The notes beneath the pieces were generated by a model. The model saw only the letters and a program-made list of their open reading frames with translations, did no database searches and had not been told where the DNA came from. Below, piece by piece: positions 1 to 12,060 of a stretch of 64,000 bases of DNA. The stretch is from Eledone cirrhosa (lineage: Eukaryota), in NCBI GenBank assembly GCA_964016885.1, contig OZ024747.1, positions 61,008,001 through 61,072,000 on the forward strand. Reading direction: 5' to 3'. Every line of letters begins with the position of its first letter. The first letter of the stretch is position 1. The position numbers and the translations under genes are program-made.

Positions 1-180
1 CTTTGTGACATGTAGTTACAGCTTTTTATGTTCTGAGTTCAAATCCCACCAAAGTTAACTTTGTCTTTCATCCTTACGGGTTCGATAAAATAAAGTACCA
101 GTAACACGCTGGGGTTGATTTAATTGACAAAATTGTTGGCCTTGTGCCTGAATCAGAAACCATTATTATTTTTATTATCG

Positions 181-362
181 GTGGATTGGCAGTATCGGTA
201 GAGGGTTGGACACCATGCTTTCCAGCATAGTTACGTCCCTTTACGATCTGAGTTCAAATCCCGCCGAGGTTGACTTTGCCTTTCATCCTTACGGGGTCGA
301 TAAAATAAAGTACCAGTAATGCACTGGGTAATTGCTGGCCTTGTGCCTAAAGTAGAAACCAT
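181..362 (+). mobile_element. tRNA-derived SINE family A (representative; partial copy also at 1-165)
   Basis: A-box TGGCAGTATCGG, B-box GAGTTCAAATCC, conserved GCCTTTCATCCTTACGGGGTCGATAAAATAAAGTACCAG body, (ATT)n tail. Confidence 0.9.
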
Positions 363-579
363 TATTATTTTTTATTATCAGTAGAGCATCGGACAACATG
401 GTTTATTATTGGAAAAGACTTGAAAAATGCGATTCTGACTGTCATGGAACGAGGAAAGAGACTTATGTCTTTTTACAACGAATTTTATAACTTATCCCAA
501 TATGGGGTCACACAGTTATTGCAGTGGATAGGTAGAGAGAAAGGTTTAGAGGAAGCCTCTTACTTAAAGTACCAGATTT

Positions 580-830
580 TAAATGGTCTATTTTAAGTGC
601 AATCATTTATTATGTTTTTATGTAGTCTTGCTATTTAACTTAGTATCTCAGCCCTGTTTTAAGTATTAATTAAATACATCTTTAATATTCTTTTCTAACT
701 TTTACTTTAATTTCTGTGTATTAAACTTTGTCTAGTTAATTCTTTCCTAAGTATTTGTAAGCCTGTGTTTGGCTTAATTCCCCTGTCTCTATTCTTTCAT
801 CCAATATGTTGCCCATGTTCCTAATTAATT
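580..830 (-). pseudogene. Decayed R4/Dong-like non-LTR RT C-terminal fragment
   Basis: Minus strand ELSQTQAYKYLG and EIKVKVRKEY*RCI*LILKT. Confidence 0.55.
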
Positions 831-1014
831 TTCTTCACTTCTATCAAACCTTTTAGTGAATCTGTGTATAACCTGCAGAGGTGTTTCTAGTTGTTTATCA
901 TTTTCAGCTGATAACTTGAGGCCATCGACGTAGAAAAAAGTAGCTCAAAGTCTTCCCAACATTTTCAACCCTTGCAGCCATTATTATTGTTATTATTAAT
1001 GATGTTTATAAATT

Positions 1015-1056
<42 letters not shown>

Positions 1057-1499
1057 TTGTAAAATCACTTTCAGAAAGCAATAAATGAATATCTGAATAA
1101 CTAAATCAGTATATAAAAGTGTCATAAAAAAAAAGTGGGTTTTTTTTTTTTTTGTACAATTTTCGTATATATATATTTTGTCCTGTTATTTAAAGAAACC
1201 ATTTTTCATTCAAACTAAGTCCTTCTCTTCTTTCCTGTATTAATCCTGACACAGAGATATACAAACAGTTACATTCTGTAAGATATTTTTTAACACTCAT
1301 AAAGAATAATAATATTAAGAATAATAGTTAAGAATACTTAATGGACACAGACGCAAATCTTTTAGTTTTCTTCTCCAATATCTGCCAACTTCCAGAAAGA
1401 AATATCAGTAAAAGAGAAAGAGAAAACAAGAATAATTCCTCTTAGATATGTCTGTCCGTTTATGAAAGGTATTTAATATGTGGGGAAAACAGAGAAAGA

Positions 1500-1912
1500 A
1501 TATATCATTTATGTATGTATCTATGTATATACGTATGTATATATGTATATATATATATTAGTATATATGTATATATATGCGTGTATGTATGTATATATAT
1601 GTGTGTATATATATATATATATTAGTATATATGTATATATATATATATATATGTGTATATATATATATTAGTATATATGTATATATATATGTGTATATAT
1701 ATATACATATATATATATTAGTATATATGTGTATATATATATGTGTATATATATATATATGTGTGTATATATATATATATATGTAAATATGTGTGTATAT
1801 ATATATATATATATCTTGTGTGTATATTTATGTATGTATGTACGTACATATGTGTATGTGTGTATATATATATCTTGTGTAGATATGTATGTATGTATGT
1901 ATGTACGTACAA

Positions 1913-1950
<38 letters not shown>

Positions 1951-3074
1951 ATATTTATGTATGCATGTATGCACGTACATATATGTGTATGTGTATATAT
2001 ATATATATATATACCATCATCATCATCATCATCATTTATTAACATATATATATATATCGTGTGTATATTTATGTATGTATGTATGTACGTACATGTATGG
2101 GTGTATGTATTCATAAATATATGTCAATAATTTTTGTGTTGAGTTTCCTTTTTCAAAAAATGCACAAAACCTTTGAGAATAGAAAAGATATTTGCTTACA
2201 GCCAAACCCAGATTTCGTTCATTGTATGGAGAATATGACAGAACTTTTAGGAAATATTCTCCATCTTCTTCTGCTTCTTCATTCTTCTTCATCTTTCTCT
2301 TCTAATATATTTGTTGTTGATGTTGTCGATGTTGTTTATATTATTGTAGTCTTCTATTTCTTATAGTTATTTGGTAGGAGGGAAGGAAGTTATTTTTACA
2401 TATATAGACACACATACATACACACACAGACATACACACACAGACACAGATATACACACACACACACATAGGCACACACATACATAGACATACACACACA
2501 GGCACACACATATATATAGACAGACACATACACACACAGACATACATAGGCATACATAGACATACACACACAGGCACACACATACACACACACACACATA
2601 AATATATAGACAGACACATACATACACAGATATACACACACAGACATACACACACAGACAGATATACACACACAGACATACACACACACACACATAGGCA
2701 CACACATACATAGACATACACACACAGGCACACACACACACAGACATACATAGGCATACATATACATAGACATACACACACAGGCACACACATACACACA
2801 CACACACATAAATATATAGACAGACACATACATACACAGATATACTCAGACACATACATAAACACACAAACACACATATCCCCCATCACTTGACACAGAC
2901 ACATACATAAATGCACACACACACACACAGTCACACTCACACTCACAAAGACACATAAACACACACACACACTCACAAAGACACATACATGCACACACAC
3001 ACACTCACAAAGACACAAACATGCACACACACATACTCACAAAGACACATATACACGGACACAGACACTCACAG

Positions 3075-3106
<32 letters not shown>

Positions 3107-3800
3107 ACTCACAAAGACACACTCACAAAGACACACACACACACACACACTCACAAAGACACACACACACACTCACAAAGACACACACACACACAAACTC
3201 ACAAAGACACAGAATACAACAGACACACACACAAACTCACAAAGACAACAGACACAGACACACTCACAAAGACACACACACACACACACACTCACAAAGA
3301 CACACACACACACACAGACACACTCACAAAGACACACGCACACAAAGTCACAAAGACACAGAATACAACAGACACACACACACTCAGAAAGACACACATA
3401 CACACAAACTCACAAAGACAACAGACACAGACACACTCACAAAGACACACACACACAGACACACTCACAAAACACACACACACAAACTCTCAAAGACACA
3501 GAATACAACAGACACACACAAACTCACAAAAACAACATACACAGACACACTCACAAAGACACACAAACACACACACACTCACACAGACACACTCACAAAG
3601 ACACACACACTCACACAGACACTCACAAAGACACACACACATACACACACACACAAAGACAGACACACTCACAAAGATAAACACACACATACACACACTC
3701 ACACAGACATGCTCACAAAGACACACACACACACACACATACACACACACACACAAAGACAGACACACTCACAAAAACACACACACACATACACACACAT
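1500..3800. repeat. Compound TA/CA microsatellite fields; similar fields at 10800-11240, 13020-13740, 14030-15180, 20180-21830, 23630-25560, 30480-30975, 32810-33615, 52240-52960
   Basis: Visible di-, tri- and pentanucleotide repeats. Confidence 0.95.
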
Positions 3801-4009
3801 ATGTATGGCTCCTTTTCTTTGTGACTGTATTTCTATTCAACAAACCACCTGTAATCAAATCTCTTCTCAGTTATATTTGACAGCGCTGATCATTCTAGAA
3901 TGAGCTTAACTTATACTTACTCTCACAACTCTCTTTATCATACTTCAATTTTTTTTCCCCCCCCCATTTCATACATTGTTGTTGTTGTTGTTGTTATTAT
4001 TGGGGGGGG

Positions 4010-4591
4010 GGGCGCTGAATTGGTAGAGAGTTGGACAAGATGCTGTGTTGTATCGAGTTATGGCCCTTTAATGTTTTGAGTTCAAATCCCACCGAATTTA
4101 AACTTTGATTTTCATCCTTACGGGGTTGATAAAATAAAGTACCAGTAATGTACTGGTACTGGTACTGGTACTTTCCCCTCTCTCCAAATTGCTGGCCTTG
4201 TGATTATAGTAGAAATCATTATTAGATTGGCAGTATTGGTAGAGTGTCAGATGCCATGCTTTGGCGCATAGAGTAACGGCCCTTGCCATTCTGAGTTCAA
4301 ATCCCGTCGAGGTTAACTTTACCTTTCATCCTTACGGGGTCGATAAAATAAAGTACCAGTAATACACTGGGTAATTGCTGGCCTTGTGCCTAAAGTAGAA
4401 ACAATTATTAGTGGAGAGACAAATCTATGTTTGTGAGGAATCAGCTGTAGTTTGCAAGAGAAGATACAGCTGGTATCGATATGTGGTGGATTGGCAGTAG
4501 TAGTAGTAGTAACAGTAGTAGTAGTAGTAGTAGTAGTAATAGTAGTAGTAACAGTAGTAGTAGTAGTAGTAGTAGTAGTAGGTGGATTGGC

Positions 4592-4622
<31 letters not shown>

Positions 4623-5075
4623 ACAGTAGTAGTAGTAGTAATAGTAGTAGTAGTAGTAACAGTAGTAGTAGTAGTAGTAACAGTAGTAGTAGTAGTAGTA
4701 GTAACAGTAGTAGTAGTAGTAGTAGTAACAGTAGTAGTAGTAGTAGGTGGATTGGCAGTATCAGTAGAGAGTTGGATAGTATGTTGGTGGAGTTACATCC
4801 CTTTACGTTCTGAGTTCAAATCCCACCGAGGTTAACTTTGCCTTTCATCCTTACAGGGGTCGATAAAATAAAGTACCAGTCATGCACTGGGGTCAATTTT
4901 ATCGACTTTCCTCTCCCCCCCAAAATTGCTGGCCTTGTGCCTATATAAGGAACCATTATCATTATTAATCCTGTCGAGGTTAACTTTGCCTTTCGTCCTT
5001 ACGGGGGTCGGTAAAATAAAGTAGCAGTAATACACTGGGGGTAATTGCTGGCCTTGTGCCAAAGGTAGAAACAAT
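4010..5075 (+). mobile_element. Tandem cluster of ~4 SINE A copies, one with a (GTA)n-expanded head
   Basis: Copies at ~4010-4220, 4225-4408, 4482-4957 and 4968-5073. Confidence 0.85.
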
Positions 5076-5291
5076 TATTATTATTACCATCACCAGTATT
5101 CTTCTTATTACAATTATAATAACCAGCCATGTGGTTGTTGTTGCTGTTATGTTCCCCATACAGTATTATGAAATAAAGAACAGCAACAGAATATATGTGA
5201 GCAGGTGGGGGATGTGAGGGAAGAAAACTTGTCAGACTCCATAATATTTGTCTCTTCTTCAACTTGGTTATATTTATATATATATATATAA

Positions 5292-5334
<43 letters not shown>

Positions 5335-5478
5335 CTGTCTTTCTGTTTCACAATGTCGCTTTTGTATTGTATGTAGCTTTACATATGTGCATGTGCATGT
5401 GTGTGGGTGAGAGGGTGAGAGAAGGACTATGTGAATGTATCTTGCAATTCATATACAGATGTGCACATCATTATTCCA

Positions 5479-5553
<75 letters not shown>

Positions 5554-5554
5554 G

Positions 5555-5596
<42 letters not shown>

Positions 5597-5749
5597 TTTA
5601 TATATATATATATAAATATATATGTAGGAGGTGAGTTTTATTGTAGTACAATAAAGCAATGCAGATATCGGATAAGAAGCACTCTACAGTTTGTGGGACT
5701 GGAGTATGCATAATATAAGATCAAAAGATGGTTAAAGGAGTTCCATATA

Positions 5750-5816
5750 TTTTATTATGCGCATTTCAAAAACAAACATCATCAAGCAATAATATTTGTG
5801 TTTTCATCAGATAAAA
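5750..5816 (-). ncRNA. Type I minimal hammerhead ribozyme (left arm, inverted copy)
   Basis: Reverse complement of 8187-8253. Confidence 0.85.
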
Positions 5817-6599
5817 CAGGAGAACATGATATGAAGGCTAAAAAACACTTGTTGATAGTGCAGTTTTAAATCAACATATGAAAAGTGGTTTTAGATTGAT
5901 GTGTGATATTGGGAAAAATATTTTATTTAGAGAGGGGGGGGGGAAGGATGAAAAGGGAAGGAGATGAGAGGGAGAGATGGGTGATAGAGAGAAAGAGATA
6001 GTTTTTATAACTGAAGGAGATATATTTTTTACATAGAGGGGTTGAAAACCGTTGGAAGATACTGTATAAATTAAACATTTTGAAAATTAACGAAGGGAGG
6101 ATATGTGCGAGGAAAAAATATTTTATTTAGGGAGGGGGGGGGATGAAAAAAAAGGGGGGAGGAGATGAGAGTGAAGGTGGAGAGGGAGAGATGGGTGATA
6201 GAGAGAAAGAGATAGTTTTTATAACTGAGAAAAAGATATATTGTTTTAATATAGAGAGGTTGGGAACCGTTGGAAGATAATGTATAAATTAAAGGAATTT
6301 GAAAATTAACGAAGGGAAATTATGTATGAAGATAGAGAGAAAAAAATAATAATTGTGGGTGAATATTCTAACGTCAAAAGAAGAAATGTATGTATTGTGG
6401 CAATTTCAAAATTAGCGAAGAGAAAAGTTGTTATGGTTTGTGTGTAGAAGGATTTGAGAAAAATAATGTGAAGTTAAAGTTTGTATATTGAATTGATATG
6501 TATTAATAATGAGTTCGTTGATGGGGAGAAAAAAAAATAATAATAAATTAAGGATGAAATTGAGATTAAAAAGATTTATGATAGAGAGAAAAAATAATA

Positions 6600-7193
6600 A
6601 TGATTGCGGATGAATATTCAACGTCAAACACAACTTCGCTAAATGTTCATAATCCAACTCTAAATCAAGAAACTATTATTCCTATTATTCCTATCGCAAA
6701 CAACTTCTCCAATCCAATTCCTTCTATAGATAACACTAGATCACTCATTAATAATCTCTCTAATTGCAACTGCCGCATCAAAAATAAATGTCCTCTCAAC
6801 AACCATTGCCTCGATAAAAACTTAATTTATGAATGTAAAATTATAACTAGCACCAATTCCTTCACCTATTTTGGCTCCATTTCCACCTCTTTTAAAGCTC
6901 GTCTCTATAATCATCATTCATCTTTCAAATACAAACTTAAAAGAACTAACACTGCTCTCTCAGAACTCATATGGTCCTTAAAAGACAAAAACATTAAATA
7001 TAACATCTTTTGGAAAAAGATTTCTTCTGCATCCTCATACTTGAACAGCTCTCTATCTAAAATCTGTAATCTCTGCCTAAATGAAAAATTTACCATTATC
7101 TCTAACCTAGATTCTATAATAAACAGACGCTCAGATTTGTTTTCTATCTGCCTGCATAAATTCCATAGAACTTTTCACAAAGTATACAGTTAA
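6600..7193 (+). CDS. GIY-YIG endonuclease domain of a Penelope-like element (no RT), 197 aa open frame
   Basis: CNCRIKNKC (CxCx5C linker described for Naiad PLEs), LIY...YFG (GIY-YIG core), FKARLYNH (catalytic R), CNLCLNEK (catalytic E), IINRRSD (conserved N), terminal CLH. The ATG is supplied by the inverted arm. Confidence 0.85.
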   Translation: MIADEYSTSNTTSLNVHNPTLNQETIIPIIPIANNFSNPIPSIDNTRSLINNLSNCNCRIKNKCPLNNHCLDKNLIYECKIITSTNSFTYFGSISTSFKARLYNHHSSFKYKLKRTNTALSELIWSLKDKNIKYNIFWKKISSASSYLNSSLSKICNLCLNEKFTIISNLDSIINRRSDLFSICLHKFHRTFHKVYS

Positions 7194-8186
7194 TATTCAA
7201 TTCTTTATCAATTTAGAATCTTTTCTCAAAGGCACATATACATACACCTCTTTAAAATATACCCATCTACCTTACCTTACTTTAAAGGGCATTATACACT
7301 CTATAATACTCGTTTACTCATTACCCTCCTTCTATCTTCTCGTAAAATAATAACATTTGTTTTTGACATTTTGAATATTCATCCGCAATCATTATTATTT
7401 TTTCTCTCTATCATAAATCTTTTTAATCTCAATTTCATCCTTAATTTATTATTATTTTTTTTCTCCCCATCAACGAACTCATTATTAATACATATCAATT
7501 CAATATACAAACTTTAACTTCACATTATTTTTCTCAAATCCTTCTACACACAAACCATAACAACTTTTCTCTTCGCTAATTTTGAAATTGCCACAATACA
7601 TACATTTCTTCTTTTGACGTTAGAATATTCACCCACAATTATTATTTTTTTCTCTCTATCTTCATACATAATTTCCCTTCGTTAATTTTCAAATTCCTTT
7701 AATTTATACATTATCTTCCAACGGTTCCCAACCTCTCTATATTAAAACAATATATCTTTTTCTCAGTTATAAAAACTATCTCTTTCTCTCTATCACCCAT
7801 CTCTCCCTCTCCACCTTCACTCTCATCTCCTCCCCCCTTTTTTTCATCCTTTCCACCCCCCCCCCCTCCCTAAATAAAATATTTTTTCCTCGCACATATC
7901 CTCCCTTCGTTAATTTTCAAAATTTTTAATTTATACAGTATCTTCCAACGGTTTTCAACCCCTCTATGTAAAAAATATATCTCCTTCAGTTATAAAAACT
8001 ATCTCTTTCTCTCTATCACCCATCTCTCCCTCTCATCTCCTTCCCTTTTCATCCTTTCCCCCCCCCCCCTCTCTAAATAAAATATTTTTCCCAATATCAC
8101 ACATCAATCTAAAACCACTTTTCATATGTTGATTTAAAACTGCACTATCAACAAGTGTTTTTTAGCCTTCATATCATGTTCTCCTG

Positions 8187-8253
8187 TTTTATCTGATGAA
8201 AACACAAATATTATTGCTTGATGATGTTTGTTTTTGAAATGCGCATAATAAAA
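8187..8253 (+). ncRNA. Type I minimal hammerhead ribozyme (right arm)
   Basis: TTTTAT-CTGATGA-[stem II AAACACAAATATTATT/GATGATGTTTGTTTT]-GAAAT-GCGC-ATA-ATAAAA. Stem I TTTTAT/ATAAAA, palindromic stem III ATGCGCAT, AUA cleavage triplet. Confidence 0.85.
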
Positions 8254-8297
8254 TATATGGAACTCCTTTAACCATCTTTTGATCTTATATTATATAA

Positions 8298-8333
<36 letters not shown>

Positions 8334-8433
8334 GTATATATATATAAACGTTATATATATATATATATATATATAAACGTTAAATGAGGATGATGATGAT
8401 GATGATATATACATAGAAAGAGATTCGTTTTCA

Positions 8434-8480
<47 letters not shown>

Positions 8481-8541
8481 AACATGTATGCATATGCAGG
8501 AAAATATACATGGCTATACACACACACATACTTGTCTCTCA

Positions 8542-8580
<39 letters not shown>

Positions 8581-8587
8581 TATATAT

Positions 8588-8618
<31 letters not shown>

Positions 8619-8812
8619 CTGTTTTACGTCCGTTCTTCCACGCTAGCATGGGTTAGACGGGTTGTCCTGTTGTGGGCAGTGTCTGGTCGGCTGACCATGC
8701 CTTGCTCATACAGGAACTGATATATATATTTATATATACACACACATATATTTATCTATTAATAAAATATGTACTACATCTCTTCTCTCTCATATATATA
8801 TATATAATATAT

Positions 8813-9177
8813 ATACAATGATATTAAATAAATGGAAACTATATTTATAAAACCATATTTATTCTATTATATATATTTCAAGGGTACCAAAACTTTGGTA
8901 CGCTCTCATCAGATAAAATACAAACTTTGTTTTATAAATGTTGACATAATCAAGAAAAGATACCTTAAGGGTTCAAGTTTTCCTTGGAAGGAAAACTTGA
9001 ACTGTTAAGGTATCTTTAAACCGTTAAGGTACCCTTGAAATATATATAATAAAATAAACATGGTTTTATAAATAATATCATTGGATATTATACTCCAGAA
9101 AACCTGTTGAGTGCTCTGAATCAGTTATAAACATTTATATTTGTTGAATTACCAACAAATTGAATATCCCTTTTGCT
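8813..9177 (-). mobile_element. Small PLE-derived fold-back with hammerhead and one-sided tail
   Basis: Arms ~8843-8888 / 9028-9074, internal hairpin 8957-9016, tail with TACTC(9091)...GAGTGC(9109), flanked by (TA)n. Confidence 0.7.
8860..8920 (-). ncRNA. Type I hammerhead ribozyme
   Basis: Minus strand TATTTTAT-CTGATGA-GAGCGTACCAAAGTTTTGGTACCCTT-GAAAT-ATAT-ATA-ATAGAATA; all three stems can pair. Confidence 0.8.
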
Positions 9178-9360
9178 TATATATAATATATATATATTTA
9201 TTATTATTATTATTACTATTATCTGAGTTCAAATCCCGCTGAGGTTAACTTTGCCTTTCATCCTTACGGGGTCGATAAAATAAAGTACCAGTAATACACT
9301 GGGCAATTGCTGGCTTTGTTCCTAACGTAGAAACAATTATTATTACTATTATATATATAT

Positions 9361-9731
9361 AATATATTAACAAATGGAAACTATATTTATAAAACCATAT
9401 TTATTTCATTATACATATTTCAAGGGCCACCAAAGCAGATTATGGTGCGCTTTCATCAGATAAAATATAATATAGATTAGTTTTATAAATAAATATTGAC
9501 ATGCCCTGAAAAAATGCAACCTTCACGGTTGGAGTCTCCTGGATAGGAGCGCACCATAATCTGCTTTGGTGGCCATTGAAATATGTATAATGAAATAAAT
9601 ATGGTTCTATAAATATAGTTTCCATTTGTTAATATATTGTATATTTACTCCAATAAATATGTTGAGTGCTTTATATCAGTTATAAAAATATTTTGCTTGT
9701 TGTATCCCAACGAATTAAATATAACCTCTAC
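9361..9731 (-). mobile_element. Small PLE-derived fold-back, relative of 8813-9177
   Basis: Arms 9361-9451 / 9548-9638, tail with TACTC(9646)...GAGTGC(9664), flanked by (TA)n. Confidence 0.75.
9402..9467 (-). ncRNA. Type I hammerhead ribozyme
   Basis: Minus strand TATTTTAT-CTGATGA-AAGCGCACCATAATCTGCTTTGGTGGCCCTT-GAAAT-ATGT-ATA-ATGAAATA. Confidence 0.75.
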
Positions 9732-9769
9732 ATATATATATATATATATACTATTATTATTATTACTAT

Positions 9770-9832
<63 letters not shown>

Positions 9833-9913
9833 TATTATTATTATTACTATCATTCAGGAGAAATCATCAGGACTAAAACATATATATATATATATACTGA
9901 GAGAGAGAATAAT

Positions 9914-9953
9914 ATAGTCTGATGAAGGATTATAATTTGAAAGCGCTCACTGT
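9914..9953 (+). ncRNA. Minimal type I hammerhead candidate
   Basis: ATAGT-CTGATGA-AGGATTATAATTT-GAAA-GCGC-TC-ACTGT. Stem I ATAGT/ACTGT, palindromic stem III AGCGCT, weak stem II. Confidence 0.6.
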
Positions 9954-10070
9954 CAAGTGAACAATACTAACCCAGCTTCAAGACCCGTAGACTGTAGCTA
10001 TTTGTGCGTTCACACTAACTATAATCCTAATCCTAACTTTAATTCTAACATTACTGTCATCTAAACAAAT

Positions 10071-10362
10071 AATTGTTTCTACTTTAGGCACAAGGCCAGC
10101 AAATACCCAGTACATTACTGGTACTTTAATTTATCGACCCCGTAAGGATGAAAAGCAAAGTCAACCTCGGCGGGATTTGAACTCAGATCGTAAAGGGCCG
10201 TAAATATGCTGGAAAGCATGGTGTCCGACCCTCTACCGATACTGCCAATCCACTAATAATAATAATAATAACTGTTTCTACTTTTTGCACAAGGCCAGCA
10301 GTTACCCCAGTACATTACTGGTGCTTTATTTACTGGGGTAATTGCTGGCCTTGTGCCAAAAG
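10071..10362 (-). mobile_element. SINE A copy plus rearranged fragments
   Basis: Reverse complement of the SINE A consensus at 10071-10252; further 3' pieces at 10272-10362; a 3' half on + at 9222-9338. Confidence 0.85.
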
Positions 10363-11147
10363 TATTTATCCCACCACAACACATCCTGGATTAGCCATTT
10401 TGCTGTATGACATTTCAACAAATCTCACTCTATATAATATTTTGGTTTTCTCCCTGGAATTATTCAAGTAAGAGAAATGATAAAATTATTATTATCTTTA
10501 TTAACATCATCATCATCATCATTATTATTATTATTATTATTATTACTATTATTGTTGCTGTTGTTATTATTTGCTATTGCCATTTTTCATTCCTGTGTGC
10601 TTAAAATATTCTAAACATCAACTTGACCTTTGTTCTCATCTTAAAGATTATATAAAAACAACCAGCAACCAACCACCAACCATATTACTACCATTCTATT
10701 GCGATGTGTAGAATTACTAAGATGAGGAATGGAACTTCTTTGTTTATACAACAGTTCTTGGTCTTCCTTCTATATTGGTGGTGTTGTTGTTGTTGTTGGT
10801 GGTGATGGTGGTGGTTGTTTCTTCTTCTTCTTCTTCTTCTTCTTCTCATATTTCTATTTCTTTCTATTCTTCTTCTTCTTTTTCTTATTTCTTCTTCTTC
10901 TTTTTCTTCTTTTTTCTTCTTTTTCTTCTTTTTCTTCTTTTTCTTCTTTTTCTTTTTCTTCTTTTTTCTTCTTTTTCTTTTTTCTTCTTTTTCTTTTCTT
11001 CTTTTCTTCTTTCCATCTCCTTACCCCTCTTCCCACCCTCCTCCTCCCCTTTTCTATCTTTTTTTTCTCTTTTTATGATAAACTCTGTCAAGATAGACCT
11101 TATGCATCACAGAAATCTCTCTCTTTCTCTCTCTCTCTATCTCTCTC

Positions 11148-11226
<79 letters not shown>

Positions 11227-11419
11227 TACACACACATACACTCCTACACACAGAAGTAGCTAATCTAACAGTTATTGCTGAGTGGATGACCACCCAATTG
11301 CTAACACTAACAACTCTCTAACTCAACAACTTCTACATGGTTACATTTCTGCTGAAGAGAATTAATCAGACTTTGCTGTTTTTATTTGCTTGACATTTAC
11401 TACCAAGTGTCGTGGCAAA

Positions 11420-12060
11420 GTGATGAATTCTTGTTGAACCTAATTTGTAGTTCAAATGTAGAAGAAAGTGATAAATTCTTGTTGAACCTAATTTGTAGTT
11501 CAAATGTAGAGTTACGTAAAGTAATAGACTATTGTTGAACTGTTGAACCTAATTTGTAGTTCCAATGTAGAGTTACGTAAAGTAATAGACTATTGTTGAA
11601 CTGTTGAACCTAATTTGTAGTTCCAATGTAGAGTTAATAAATTTTTGTTGAATCTAATTTGTAGTTAAAATGTAGAGTTAAGTAAAGTAATAGACTATTG
11701 TTGGACCTAATTTGTAGTTCAAATGTAGAGTTAAGTAATAAATTCTTGTTGAACCTAATTTGTAGTTCAAATGTAGAACAAAGTGATAAATCTTTGTAGC
11801 TCAAATGTAGAGTTAAGTAAAGTAATAGACTATTGTTGAACCTAATTTGTAGCTCAAATGTAGAATTAAGTAATAAACTGTTGTTGAGACTAATTTGTAG
11901 TTCAAATGTAGAGTTAAGTAATAAATTCTTGTTGAACCTAATTTGTAGCTCAAATTTAGAGGTGAGTGATAAATTCTTGTTGAACCTAATTTGTAGTTCA
12001 AATGTAGAGCTAAGTTATAAATTCTTTTTGAAGCTTATTTGTAGCTCAAATGTGGAGCTT
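11420..12060. repeat. Minisatellite, ~48-bp unit
   Basis: TTGTTGAACCTAATTTGTAGTTCAAATGTAGAGTTAAGTAATAAATTC repeated about 13 times. Confidence 0.9.

Larger units (their letters stand above)
5624..8293 (+). mobile_element. 5'-truncated Penelope-like retroelement (Naiad-type) with inverted pLTR: tail 5624-5709, left arm 5710-6621, spacer with EN ORF 6622-7370, right arm 7371-8293
   Basis: 5710-6621 is the near-perfect reverse complement of 7371-8293 (ATAATATAAGATCAAAAGATGG... / ...CCATCTTTTGATCTTATATTAT); differences are mostly in poly-G/C runs. GIY-YIG ORF lies between the arms, each arm has a hammerhead, and both ends abut (TA)n. Confidence 0.9.

Noticed and set aside
181-270. tRNA gene
   Set aside because: A and B boxes belong to a high-copy SINE head; no intact cloverleaf.
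1480-3903. Many long ORFs ([12 protein letters not shown])
   Set aside because: Translations of TA/CA microsatellites; the same applies to most ORFs in the track.
5710-8293. DNA transposon with long TIRs
   Set aside because: No transposase or TSD; GIY-YIG, hammerheads and the asymmetric tail fit a PLE inverted pLTR better.
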